DNA of 47,965 nucleotides. It comes from Chiloscyllium plagiosum (Eukaryota). The position numbers were made by a program, and so were the translations under genes. Below, in pieces: positions 1-11,403 of the stretch (position 1 is the first letter of the stretch; every line of letters starts with the position of its first letter). The notes beneath the pieces are model-generated. The model saw nothing but the letters and a program-made list of their open reading frames with translations. It had not been told where the DNA came from and ran no database searches. The stretch is taken from the NCBI RefSeq assembly GCF_004010195.1, contig NC_057719.1, positions 55,283,077-55,331,041 of the forward strand. Direction: 5' to 3'.

Positions 1-1308
1 CTGGAACAGCACAGCAGGTCAGGCAGCATCCAGGGAACAGGAGATTCGACGTTTCGGGCACAGGCCCTTCTTCAGGAATGAGCAGAGAGTGTTCAGCAGG
101 AGAAGATAAAAGGTAGGGAGGAGGGACGTGGAGGAGGGGAGTTGGAAATGTGATAGGTGGAAAGAGGTCAAGGTGAGGGTGATAGGTCGGAGTAGGACGG
201 AGGCGGAGAGGTCAAGAAGAAGACTACAGGTCAGGAAGGCNNNNNNNNNNNNNNNNNNNNNNNNNNNNNNNNNNNNNNNNNNNNNNNNNNNNNNNNNNNN
301 NNNNNNNNNNNNNNNNNNNNNNNNNNNNNNNNNNNNNNNNNNNNNNNNNNNNNNNNNNNNNNNNNNNNNNNNNNNNNNNNNNNNNNNNNNNNNNNNNNNN
401 NNNNNNNNNNNNNNNNNNNNNNNNNNNNNNNNNNNNNNNNNNNNNNNNNNNNNNNNNNNNNNNNNNNNNNNNNNNNNNNNNNNNNNNNNNNNNNNNNNNN
501 NNNNNNNNNNNNNNNNNNNNNNNNNNNNNNNNNNNNNNNNNNNNNNNNNNNNNNNNNNNNNNNNNNNNNNNNNNNNNNNNNNNNNNNNNNNNNNNNNNNN
601 NNNNNNNNNNNNNNNNNNNNNNNNNNNNNNNNNNNNNNNNNNNNNNNNNNNNNNNNNNNNNNNNNNNNNNNNNNNNNNNNNNNNNNNNNNNNNNNNNNNN
701 NNNNNNNNNNNNNNNNNNNNNNNNNNNNNNNNNNNNNNNNNNNNNNNNNNNNNNNNNNNNNNNNNNNNNNNNNNNNNNNNNNNNNNNNNNNNNNNNNNNN
801 NNNNNNNNNNNNNNNNNNNNNNNNNNNNNNNNNNCGAACCACCCTGTAGCACAGCATTTCAACTCCCCCTCCTACTCCACCGAGGATATGCAGGTCATTG
901 GACTCATCCACCGCCAAACCACAAGAACGCGACGGTCGGAGGAGGAGCGTCTTATCTTCCGACTGTGAACCCTCCAACCGCAGGGGATGAACTTGGACTT
1001 CACCAGTTTCTTCATCCCCCCTCCCCCCACCTTGTCTCAGCCGGATCCTTCCAGCCCGGCGCCGCCTTCCTGACCTGCAGTCTTCTTCTTGACCTCTCCG
1101 CCTCCGACCTATCACCCTCACCTTGACCTCTTTCCACCTATCACATTTCCAACGCCCCTCCTCCAAGTCCCTCCTCCCTACCTTTTATCTTCTCCTGCTG
1201 AACATTCTCTGCTCATTCCTGAAGAAGGGCCTGTGCCCGAAACGTCGAATCTCCTGTTCCCTGGATGCTGCCTGACCTGCTGTGCTGTTCCAGCAATAAA
1301 GTTTCAAC
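1..1308. mobile_element. Penelope-like element 3' ends in inverted orientation (1-240 on -, 835-1308 on +), separated by an assembly gap
   Basis: 1-240 is the reverse complement of ~1065-1292. The + copy is a frameshifted version of the GIY-YIG C-terminal segment read intact at 39956-40174, followed by CTGAAGA-AGGGC-CTGT-GCCC-GAAACGTC (~1219-1246). Confidence 0.8.
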
Positions 1309-2700
1309 CTTGCTATCATTACACCCTTTGGTTTGTCCAAATTCTTGTGTGTACCTTTTGGCCTTAATATTAGGCAGAATCTATTGTAGCCGAACATACA
1401 ATGGATGCAAAATGAATATATTTGATCCCAGGCCCAATACCTGTGTCTGAAAGCGGAAGCATCCTCTACTTTTGGGAGCCATAAGACACAACAGTATTTA
1501 ATTGCAATCATTACAATCAACGGACACACATTTATGATGTGTCTAAATGCCGGCACCCATTGTTGGGGATCTATCCAGTTTATCAGTCCAGCCTTAAAGC
1601 AGTCCTGCAGGCAGTAGAATGAGTCAGATGGTTTGAATATTGAACATTTATTCAGATGAGTTCAGAATAATGACAGGTTGAGCACCAGCAAATGTTAAGG
1701 AATAGAACAGGGGAAATAACTGAAGTGTGAAAGGCAAAGAACAGTTTCGTATGGTGCACAAGCAAAGACTGAAGAATTTTATAATTAACGCAGCAGCTGC
1801 TCTTGACTGCTGCAAATAAATTGCAGGGAAATTAATTTTTTTGTGGTATTGGAACATTATGGTGCAATAATTAAGTAAAATAATTAAGACAATTAAACTT
1901 GTTTCCATAACAACCAATGTAATAGTAAATTGTGTTCCAGTGTTATACTTGCCATTTCAAAAACTGTAGTTTAGAACCATCCAGATTCTGATGCATATGT
2001 CCTTAGTCTCTTCGTGCCAAAAATCTCGATGGGGGTATTCATGAAAAATGCATTATATCAGAAGACTAAAACAATCAGAGCCTTAAAGAAACATTATTTG
2101 ATTTTGTGTGTATAATTTCAGATGCAACTTGCTAAGTCACAGAATGTGTGCTCTCCCAACTCCACCATGAATCAAATGGATCATGCAGATTTATATTTCC
2201 ATTTGAAGTGATAATTATTAACAAATGGAGCTTACCAATCCCAGCCATAGAATAAACATATTTTTCTCTTTTTGGCAGGAACCGAAATAATGAATGAATA
2301 GTGGCAAATTCTTTCTTCATTATATCTACTGCTTTTGCTGGTGAAATTGTTGTGACTTACTGTACAATCATCAAGAACTATGTTGATACAATGAGCCACA
2401 AAAGGTTGTATGTTATCTTTTACAGGATTCAAGATAAGTCCTTTGCAAAGGAAGTAATTATCCATACATTTAGTTAATGTAAGATGTGTCAAAAGTTAAT
2501 GAACTTTCTGATGAAAAAGAATAGTCTATTTCTGAGTCATGTTTTAGTTCACTTTCACTACTGAACTACTTTGACTATATCTGTTTCTGAAAAATGTACT
2601 TGAAAATCAATAATGAGGATCTGAAGATACGTGTTCTCTCATACTAAATAAACAAATTTATACCCACCAGAGCTTCTGAATTTACATTATCACTATGTTG

Positions 2701-2936
2701 AGAAAGTGAGGTCTGCAGATGCTGGAGATCAGAGCTGGAAATGTGTTGCTGGAAAAGCGCAGCAGGTCAGACAGCATCCAGGGAACAGGAGAATCGACGT
2801 TTCGGGCATAAGCCCTTCTTCAGGAAAGGGCTTATGCCCAGGTTTCATTCCTGAAGAAGGGCTTATGCCCGAAACGTCGATTCTCCTGTTCCCTGGATGC
2901 TGCCTGACCTGCTGCGCTTTTCCAGCAACACATTTC
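2701..2936. mobile_element. Short inverted pair of Penelope-like tails with a 16-bp TSD
   Basis: Left arm (~2736-2826) and right arm (~2849-2936) are reverse complements. Flanked by direct repeat CATTATCACTATGTTG at 2685-2700 and 2937-2952. Confidence 0.85.
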
Positions 2937-4859
2937 CATTATCACTATGTTGCCTATCCTGTTGGTACAAACAAATGCTGTTATTTATTTTTATTTTCTT
3001 TTATCTACTCTCAAATAAATGCACATGGGACTTCCAGATTCGGAACATTAAATATAAGTACATTTTGAAGTTATTTGCAATGAGGTTACTTTAATTGGAT
3101 AATATTCAACCATAAATATTGATATAGTTAACAACTACATTGTTCCACAACAGACCTGCATTTCCTTCCAATTTTTTTTCGCTTTTTACCTGAATAGAGT
3201 TCCAGGTTTCATTCAGCCTTCCATACCTTAAATGGCCATGATCATTCACAAACAAATCTCGATGATCAAAACATCTTTGGTGTCAGAATTACAGCTAAGG
3301 TCTAATCACTTGGTATCAATCCACAGTCATCTGCCGGCTCAAATTGTCATGAGCGGAACTGCTGCCTGATATTGCATATTTCCTGACATGGGACATATAC
3401 ATGACTAGAGAGGCTTCGCTGTTCAAAGCTGAGATTAGTTCACATGGACTCGGCTTCAAGCCTGAAACCTTTTGGCTTGCATGGCTAAGTACCATATCCT
3501 TTACCCAGTGGGACATGACTTGTTGAAGTACAATCTCACTATGAATTGAAAGACTAAATTGGATCTGTTATAAAGAAGATTACAAAAGCAATATTTAAAA
3601 TGAGAGTGTCAAATACTAAGAATTATTCTAATATAAATTCCAAGATAATGCACAACATTCAACTGGCACCAATAGTAGGATTAAGGGATTGTGGGTTGTA
3701 CTGGGTGAATTCTGACAGAAGTTATAACTGTGCATTCTATCTACATGCTGAAATTGGAATGGCAGCAGTTGTTTTAAACCCTTCTGAGAAAGCACCTTAA
3801 TCTTTCTGCACTACAGTGTAAGGATTTAGCTATGTATATGGAAATGTTCTTTCAAGGTTACTCATAAAAGTACGTGGCGAATACAAATCTATCTTTGTAA
3901 AGAAAGAAAGGAAGGAAGATTTACATTGAGGAAAAGAAAATCACATTTCAAAGGATTTCACGTACAGTTAGTTACATTGAACTTCACGAGTGGTTATGCA
4001 GGATAACCATTTTGCACAGATGAGAAAAATCTCTCAAAAAGCAGCAATTTGAGTGATCCATTTATCTGCTTTCAATGTCAATAACTGGGGAGGGGGGAAC
4101 AGTAACCAAGGAAAAATGTTGGCCATGAACTCAGGAATAATTTTCATTTCTTTAACTGGTACTCACCTCACATACTGCCTCATCCAAAGGATCAAAACTC
4201 CAACAATAGTAAGAGTTCCACACTCCAGTGTTAACTTTTGCTCTTTCCATTTATGATTTCATGTTCAAGTATGACCTCTTATATTCCTGAGCATTGATTG
4301 TTAATGTCATTTGACAATTAAGTTCTGTACCATTTCAAGAAAATCATTGTAAAATCCATAACAAAAAATTGCCTAAGCTCTTTTTAAAAAAATTTCCTTC
4401 ATGTAGCCAGCATAACGTATCTATCTTTATGGAATTGTCTTGAGAGAGCCCTCACAAATAAATAGATGATAATGAAAAAGATGTTGCTCTTACCAGTTAA
4501 AGACTGTTTTAATTGAAACTCAGCTATTTATTTGTGATCACAAGGGCTTCTTCTCCAAAACTACTTACTCAGAAAATGTACAAAATGTACATTGCAAATT
4601 GTTTGGCTTAATATTACAGAATTTGCAACAAAATAGAATTTGTCATGACTTCATTCAACATGTTCTATTCTTAGGTGCCTCAAAAATGTTGAAATAGTCT
4701 TAATATTTATAATATATATTCTATGTCAGGCAAAGAGACAGAGTATAAAACATTCAGATTGGAAATTACAAAAGCAAAGTGAAAAGAAGCTTTTCGCCAA
4801 GCTGAACTCTGATTTGCCTTAATAAATTTTAAATGTTTTTGATATTCAGAAGAATATTC

Positions 4860-5445
4860 CTGGTCAAGTATACAACTTGAGGCGCTTTACAAGTTCTTGC
4901 CCGAGGTATAAGATGGCTGAAAGGCCTTAGCCAGAAACCTCTCACATTGTGCATCTCTCGTAACTGCCCCAAGCTGTAGCATAACCGTCAATACATAGTC
5001 CTGCACCTTGTAACGTGTCAGTCAGTCACAGTTAGATGAGGATCATAAGACCAGAAAACTTTGGACAGGAAAAAGAGACTCTTCCATCAAAATGATGGCT
5101 CTCCAGGCATAGTGGAAGTTTATCTTGGGGGTTGTCCCAGTGAAGAGCCCATAAAGTGCACAGTCCTGTGTTACAGAGCTATTCAGGATGAACCTCAGCA
5201 CAAACCAGTGCATCTCTTACCTGACCTTCTTTGCAAAGGCACATTCCAAAGACCAACATGCTTTTCCGTAATCTAACCACATCAAAGCAATATCTGGAGG
5301 TAATGAGACCCCAGCATTTAAGAGAAATCTGATGTCGGGGACTTTCTCACCATCAGCCAAGCTACATCTTGCTGTTAGTTTATAAGTTCTGGTGATGAGG
5401 CATTTTGCCAAATGACTTTGACAATCCACTCTGGAAACCACCTGA
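4860..5445 (-). mobile_element. Decayed L1/Tx1-clade LINE ORF2 C-terminal (zf-RVT region) fragment
   Basis: Minus-strand translation across stops and frameshifts gives WFPEWIVKVIWQNASSPEL..QDVAWLMVR, ECAFAKKV and HWFVLRFILNSSVTQDCALYGLF, which resemble Tx1-type ORF2 C-termini. Confidence 0.65.
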
Positions 5446-5569
5446 TAGGATCTACTACTGTGCACAGTATTGATCTCTCTACTTATAAGTAAATGTATTG
5501 GAAATACTCCAAAGAAAGTTTACAAAAGCAATACCTACAGTAAGTGTGTTGTCTTAGGAGGAAAGCTTG

Positions 5570-5822
5570 GCCAAGCTAAGCTTTTACCTGCTGGAATTTA
5601 GAAGAGTAAGCACTGACTTGATGAAAACAAGTCCACTTTTCTGTATTTTTCCTGACGACACTGACACAATGGCTCTGGAAAAGAATGATTCCTCTATTGG
5701 GAAAATCTAGATGTCACTCTTTAAAATGAAAGATTACCCATTTAAAATAGTTTAAAGCAATTTTTTTCTCACATTTGCACGTATGTCTTTGGAATTCTTT
5801 TTCTCAAAAGGTATGGAAGCAG
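5570..5822 (+). mobile_element. Decayed CR1 LINE 3' fragment
   Basis: GGAATTTAGAAGAGTAAG...GACTTGAT...CTTTGGAATTCTT resembles the other CR1 3' ends in the window. Confidence 0.5.
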
Positions 5823-6400
5823 AAGGTTAGGGGAAGGAGGAGGAGCTGGGGTAGGGCAATGTCAGGACGTGGGGGTGTTCTGTCTCCCTCCACCCCCGGC
5901 TGCTCCATTCACTCTTGCCACATCCCAGTCTCTTCTGTTCTCCAAACCCCTCCAGCTCCATCTGTTCTTTTACTATCTCCCCCATAATCTCTTCACCCAC
6001 CCCCTCATACTAACCTGACTACACAGACAATAGGTCTGTAACTCTCTGATGTCATTCTTAGAAAGTCTAAGGTATTGCTGAGTGACCCTGAAACTTCAAT
6101 TAACATGAGTGAGGATGTGAAAGTCTAGTTCAACAGCCAAAGAGTCACAGGAAATGACTGAGAACACCCAACTAATTCTTAAGTTGGAGTAGAACATTTG
6201 TATTCATCAATGCAGATCTACCAGCAGACTGTCAGGAAACATTTGCTTCAAACTGTGAAGGATAGTTGCCTGCAACTTCATAGACCAACACCCACAGATT
6301 CAGCGCACAGTCAAAAGAAGATATTGTTTGGTCTCAACTTCCAGGAAACTGCAAAAAAGAAAATCGCAAGTTTTGTGAAGGTTTGTAGCTCAGGTTGAGG

Positions 6401-6659
6401 TTTAGGGTGTAGGTTTGCTCGCTGAGCTGTAGGTTTGATATCCAGACGTTTCATTACCTGGCTAGATAGCATCATCAGTGGCGAAGCTGTTGTCTCCTGC
6501 TTTCTATTTATATCTTTGATATAAATAAAGATATAAATAGAAAGCAGGTGACAACAGCTTCGCTTCACTTGGAGGTCGGCACTGATGATGTTACCTAGCC
6601 AGGTAATGAAACGTTTGGATATCAAACCTACAGCTCAGCGAGCAAACCTACACCCTAAA
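6401..6659. mobile_element. Palindromic element with hammerhead-like motifs in both arms (second Penelope-like family)
   Basis: 6401-6517 is a near-perfect reverse complement of 6527-6659, apart from a 16-nt insert in the right arm. CTGATGA-TG-TTACC-TAGCCA-GGTAA-TG-AAACGT lies at ~6582-6614. Confidence 0.75.
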
Positions 6660-7039
6660 AAAGAAAATACCTGCTAAAATTAAAAACAATCAGCTTATCC
6701 AGAAATCCAGGAAACAGTTCAGAAGAAAGCACTTGTTTGAACAGTGTAATCATGTTCCATGATGGGCATTCACGAGATTAAGGATCATTCAGTTAAGGTA
6801 ATGAGTGCATGACTAGGTCTACAAGGAGCAACATCCTCCACAAAGGATAAAACAGAGTAACCTTTATTGTCATGGGCACTCAAATGACCAAGGGGACCAA
6901 GGTACAGATATTTAAGTGTTTGTCACAGACTTGCATAGAGAATCTGAAATAAAGTTCAGCATTAGAACAAAGATCAGAGAAGTTTTCTTTTTAAAAGCCT
7001 TCGATTTTTAAGTCTATACACCAAGCCCTTAGAACCCAC

Positions 7040-8540
7040 CTGGTCTCATCACCCCCACACTAACCTGGCCTAGGGCTCACTTCCATGACTCACCATCCCC
7101 ACATGGGCCAGGCCTCGCCTGTGACTCACCTCTGGAAATGACCGCTGGCCTGGCTTAGCCTGGGGCTCACCTCCAGGACTCATCGCCCTCACACAGGCTT
7201 AGTCTGAGGCTCAACTCTGGGTCTCACTGCTCCCATGCTGGCCTGACCTGGGGACCACCTCCATGACTTGTTGCCCCCAAATTAGCCTGGCCTGGCCTGG
7301 GGCTCACCTTCAGGACTCACTGCCCCCACATTGGCCTGGCCTGGGACTCACCTCCAGAACTCTCTGCCCCCACACTGGTCTGGCCTGGGGCTCACCTCTA
7401 GGACTCATTGCACCCAAACTGGCCTGGCCTGGGGCTCACCTCCGGGACTCACCACCCCACACTGGCCAGGCCTGGGGCTCACCTCTGGGACTGACCTTTC
7501 CCACACTGGCCTGGCCTGGGATTCACCTTCAGGACTCACCACCCCCACACTGGCCTGGCCTGGGGCTCACCTCTGGGACTGATCTTTCCCACACTGGCCT
7601 GGCCTGGGGCTCACCTCTGGGACTCACCTTTCCTATACTGACCTGGGGCTCACCTTCAGGACTCACCACCCCCACACTGGCCTGGCCTGGGGCTCACCTC
7701 TGGGACTGACCTTTCCCACACTGGCCTGGCCTGGGGCTCACCTTTGGGAGAAAGTGAGGACTGCAGATGCTGGAGATCAGAGCTGAAAAACGTGTTGCTG
7801 GAAAAGCGCAGGAAAAGCGCAGCAGGTCAGGCAGAATCCAAGGAGCAGGAGAATTGACATTTCGGGCATAAGCCCTTCCTCAGGAATGAGAAAGGTGTGC
7901 CAAGCTTATCTCAGTCCCAACCCTCGGATTCACCTCTGGGACTCATCTTTCCCACACTGACCTGGCCTGGTGCTCACCTTTGGGACTCACCACCCACACA
8001 CTGGCCTGGCTTGGGGCTCACCTTCAGGACTCACCTTTCCCACACTGGCCTGGCCTGGGGCTCACTTCTGGGACTTACTGCCCCTACAATAGTCTGGCCT
8101 AGCCTAGGGGTCACCTTCAGACTTCACTGCCCCCATGCTGGCCTGGCCTGGGGCTGACCTCCAGGACTCATCTCCCTCACGCTGGCCTGGCCTTGGGCTC
8201 ACGTCCGGGTCTCCCCGCCCCCATGCATGCCTGGCCTGGGGCTCACCTCCGGGTCTCGTTGATCCCACATTAGCCTGGCCTGATGCTCACCTCCGGGACT
8301 CACCACCCACACATGGGCCTGGGGCTCACCTCTGGGACTCACCACCCCCATACTGGCCTGCCTTGGCCTGGGGCTCACCTCCAGGTCTCACTGCTCTCAC
8401 ACTGGCCACACCTGGGGCTCACCTCTGGGTCTCATTGCTCCCATGCCGGCCTGGCGTGGAGCTCACTCCAGGATTCACCACCCCACACTGGCCTGTGGCT
8501 CACCTGTGGGACTCAGTGTACCTGCCTCTGGGCCTCACTT
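7040..8540. repeat. GC-rich minisatellite, ~44-bp unit, roughly 30 degenerate copies
   Basis: Unit is approximately ACTGGCCTGGCCTGGGGCTCACCTCTGGGACTGATCTTTCCCAC, with a period of 44 between 7504 and 7548. Interrupted by a Penelope tail at 7748-7905. Confidence 0.9.
7748..7905 (-). mobile_element. Penelope-like 3' tail inserted in the minisatellite
   Basis: GAGAAAGTGAGGACTGCAGATGCTGGAGATCAGAGCTG...TTTCGGGCATAAGCCCTTCCTCAGGAATGAG, same family as 13832 and 30130. Confidence 0.85.
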
Positions 8541-9121
8541 AGGCTTGCTGCCCTCATGCTTTTGGGCCTTCTCCAGAACTTGCCACGACCAGCGGACTCC
8601 TCTATTTGTAAGTTGAAGTTAGAAGTTTGAAAAAATAGACGGAAATGAAAAAGGAAAAGAATGGGTGGAGCAGAGGAGCTCCAAATGGTGCGTCTTACTC
8701 TGCTACCATCTTGCTAGAAGGGTTAACTAAGACATAAAAGGTCCTCTAATGGAGAACCATCTTACAGAAGGTGAGAGTCAAGGTCAACAATCTTTAAGTA
8801 AAAAGCAACAATCTTCATCAAGTCTGACCACAGCGCATTCTGTCAAAATGTGAAGCTTCTACACCTCGTCTATTTGTGAAACCAGAGACTTGAGGTAGAT
8901 CTGATTTGCTTCAACAAGGTTCATCTATATAATCCGCCATCTGCTAAGTTGCAGAAGACATTGTGCAGTTTGGTATCTTTTACTGCATCCATTAGGAATT
9001 TGGATGTGGCATCCAGCATGTTTAAACGCTAAGTTAGGAAAAATTAAATTAAATCATTGAGTGTGCTTACTACTGCCTTTGGTGATTCTCTTTGGAAATC
9101 TGCTTCCATTCCCATAATTCT

Positions 9122-9405
9122 GCTAAAGTAGTAATTCAGAGAGGCCAGATTAACATTCTAGAGACCAAAATCCAAAAATAGCAGCAAAGAAATTTAACTT
9201 CAATTAATTAATCTGGAATAAAATGCAAGTCTCATTCATAATAGTTACAAAATTTCAGATATCCTAAACTAAAATTTAGTTCATTAACAACTCATAGGGG
9301 AGGCATACTGTTGGTCTAGAAGTGCAAAGTGATTGCTTCCTCATAGCCCAGCAAGCTACTCAGCTCAAAGGCAATTTAATATTGACAACTAACGTTGGCC
9401 TTGCC
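9122..9405 (+). mobile_element. Highly decayed DeuSINE-like element
   Basis: Weak similarity to the reverse complement of 28252-28934 (AATCTGGAAT..., GGCAATT...GTTGGCCTTGCC). Confidence 0.4.
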
Positions 9406-9414
9406 TTCATTCCA

Positions 9415-9848
9415 AGATGCCAGGTATGGAGGTTTGAACTATAGGGAAAGGCTGAATAGGCTGGGGCTACTTTCTCTGGTTTGAGGGGTGACCTTATAGA
9501 GGTTTATAAAATCATGAGGGGCATAGATAGGGTGAATGGCCATGGTCTTTTTCCTGGGGTAGAGTAGTCCAAAAGTTTAAGGGAAAGATTTAAAAGGGAG
9601 GTAAGGGGCAACCTTTTCACACAGCAGGTAGTGCGTGTATGGAATCAGCTATAAGAGGAAGTGGTGAGGTTGGTACAATTACAACATTTAAAGAACATCA
9701 GGATGCATACCATGAGTAGGAAGAGTTTCGGGGATATAGGTTTAATGCTGGCAAATGGGACTAGATTGATTTAGGACATCTGGGCAAGTTGGACTTAAGG
9801 TCTGTTTCCATGCTGCACAGCTCTATGACTCTATGACTCTATGACTCT
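9415..9848 (+). mobile_element. CR1 (HER1-like) LINE 3' end with (ATGACTCT)n tail
   Basis: GAGGGGTGACCTTATAGAGGTTTATAAAATCATGAGGGGCATAGATAG (RGDLIEVYKIMRG), ending CTCTATGACTCTATGACTCTATGACTCT. Confidence 0.9.
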
Positions 9849-11272
9849 CAAAACAAGATTATATAAAGTTTCATGAAGCAATGACTAACTGAGGTTGTTG
9901 AGTGATCTGCATATCAAAGTAACATGAAGGAAAGGCTGTAAACATGCCCATATGAAACCAACAGAAGATCAGAGCGCTCAGTCCCTGCTATCATTACCCT
10001 AGACCCTGGTCTGCATGTTCAAGCAATGATCACTCACCTAATTCACTAACTCTTATAGATCCTGAAAACATGACAATAGTGATTTTCTGTGTCTTGATGA
10101 ATTTACCAAAAAAGAACAAATATTAAAATGTTGTACTTGTGAAAAATTTTGGTTGTCATAAAGTAGCTCCCCTTTGAATGTACTACAAAAACAACTTTAA
10201 TTTCACTGTGCTACTCTCAATGTCTTCTTCAATCCTATTTGCAATATGATTTTACAAAATAGAAAAAGCCATTAGAATCACATCAATCACATGGTCAAAT
10301 ATGTACTATGTAATTGCACTAGGCCATCTTGATGGTTTCTTACGCATGCACACTAAATTGGGCAATCTTGTCAGAGTGATGTAAGTCAGAAAACGGAGTC
10401 CTTAGTTTATCACAATACTGACATTCAGCTGCACAATGCAGTTCCATAATTCCCTTTCATAATGCAGTTCTACATTCTGTCAGGGGTGAGTTCTCCAAAG
10501 AACTTATCTGGGCTGCTGTGATTTCCTTCTTGACTGCTGAGACCACCTCTTCTGCTGCCCCAGGCTCCTCCTTCTCTTGCTCCTCTGCCACCTTGATCTC
10601 CTCCTCCTGCTTTGTCACCTTGTAACCAGAAAAAGCTCACAAAATGAACAAGAAACAGCTTCCTGCAGGTTAGCAATAAGTCACAGCATTCATTTATTGA
10701 TAGATATTGTTACAGATTGGGAGGAGAAACACAATAGTAGGTCTTCCTCCTCTCAGATCTCAAGTTGTTCTGCCCACAAGCCCATCAATAACATCATACC
10801 TGTAGATGGCACACCTCAGTATTAACCCTTCCAGCCCTTTTCTGATCCATCAAGCTTTTAGCTTGTAATGCTTCTTTAGGGTGCGTTTACATCAGGAGTA
10901 TTTCCGTGATAACGTCTGTCTGCTGAGTTCAAGCTATTCGATTTCACAAATACTTAAAGTTTTGGATTTGGAAAGTTTAAATCACAATCTCACAGGAGAA
11001 AAAGCTTTTTGAAAATGTTACCATCCTTCAAATTGCCTGTTTAATTGTAATATGCCGTGGCATTGCTATAAACATCCCAGATATTTTAAGAATCTGGATT
11101 TTTTTTCGACAGAAGATACATTTCTCCACTTAAAGGAGTTTATAAGTGATACAGATTCATTTCAGTTGTAATAGAAAAGTTTAAATGAGTTGATTTATTA
11201 ATTTTACAATTTTATTTACATAAACTAACAAGCAATACACTTTAAGTGGATAAATACATGTCAACATTAAAA

Positions 11273-11403
11273 ATATTCCTAAAGAAGGGCTTATGCCCAA
11301 AATGTCGATTCTCCTGCTCCTCGGATACTGCCTGGCCTGCTGTGTTTTTCCAGCACCACATTTTTCAACTCTGGTCTCCAGCATCTGCAGTCCTCACTTT
11401 CTC
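11273..11403 (+). mobile_element. Penelope-like 3' tail with an 11-bp TSD
   Basis: Starts at the mutated hammerhead motif and ends ...CTGCAGTCCTCACTTTCTC. Flanked by CAACATTAAAA at 11262-11272 and 11404-11414. Confidence 0.85.

Noticed and set aside
19..1166. Long ORFs spanning N-runs (also 26540-27267 and 44983-45796)
   Set aside because: Artefacts of translating assembly gaps.
2232..2510. Minus-strand candidate exon ending at a GTAAG donor
   Set aside because: All frames from the best acceptor (~2508) contain stops, and the shorter open version is not recognisable.
5217..5465. Minus-strand ORF with apparent splice sites as a host exon
   Set aside because: Better explained as a frameshifted Tx1/L1 ORF2 relic.
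7263..8630. Repetitive Pro/Trp/Gly-rich ORFs; possible CRISPR-like array
   Set aside because: These are translations of a 44-bp minisatellite. The units are contiguous degenerate repeats without unique spacers, in a eukaryotic context.
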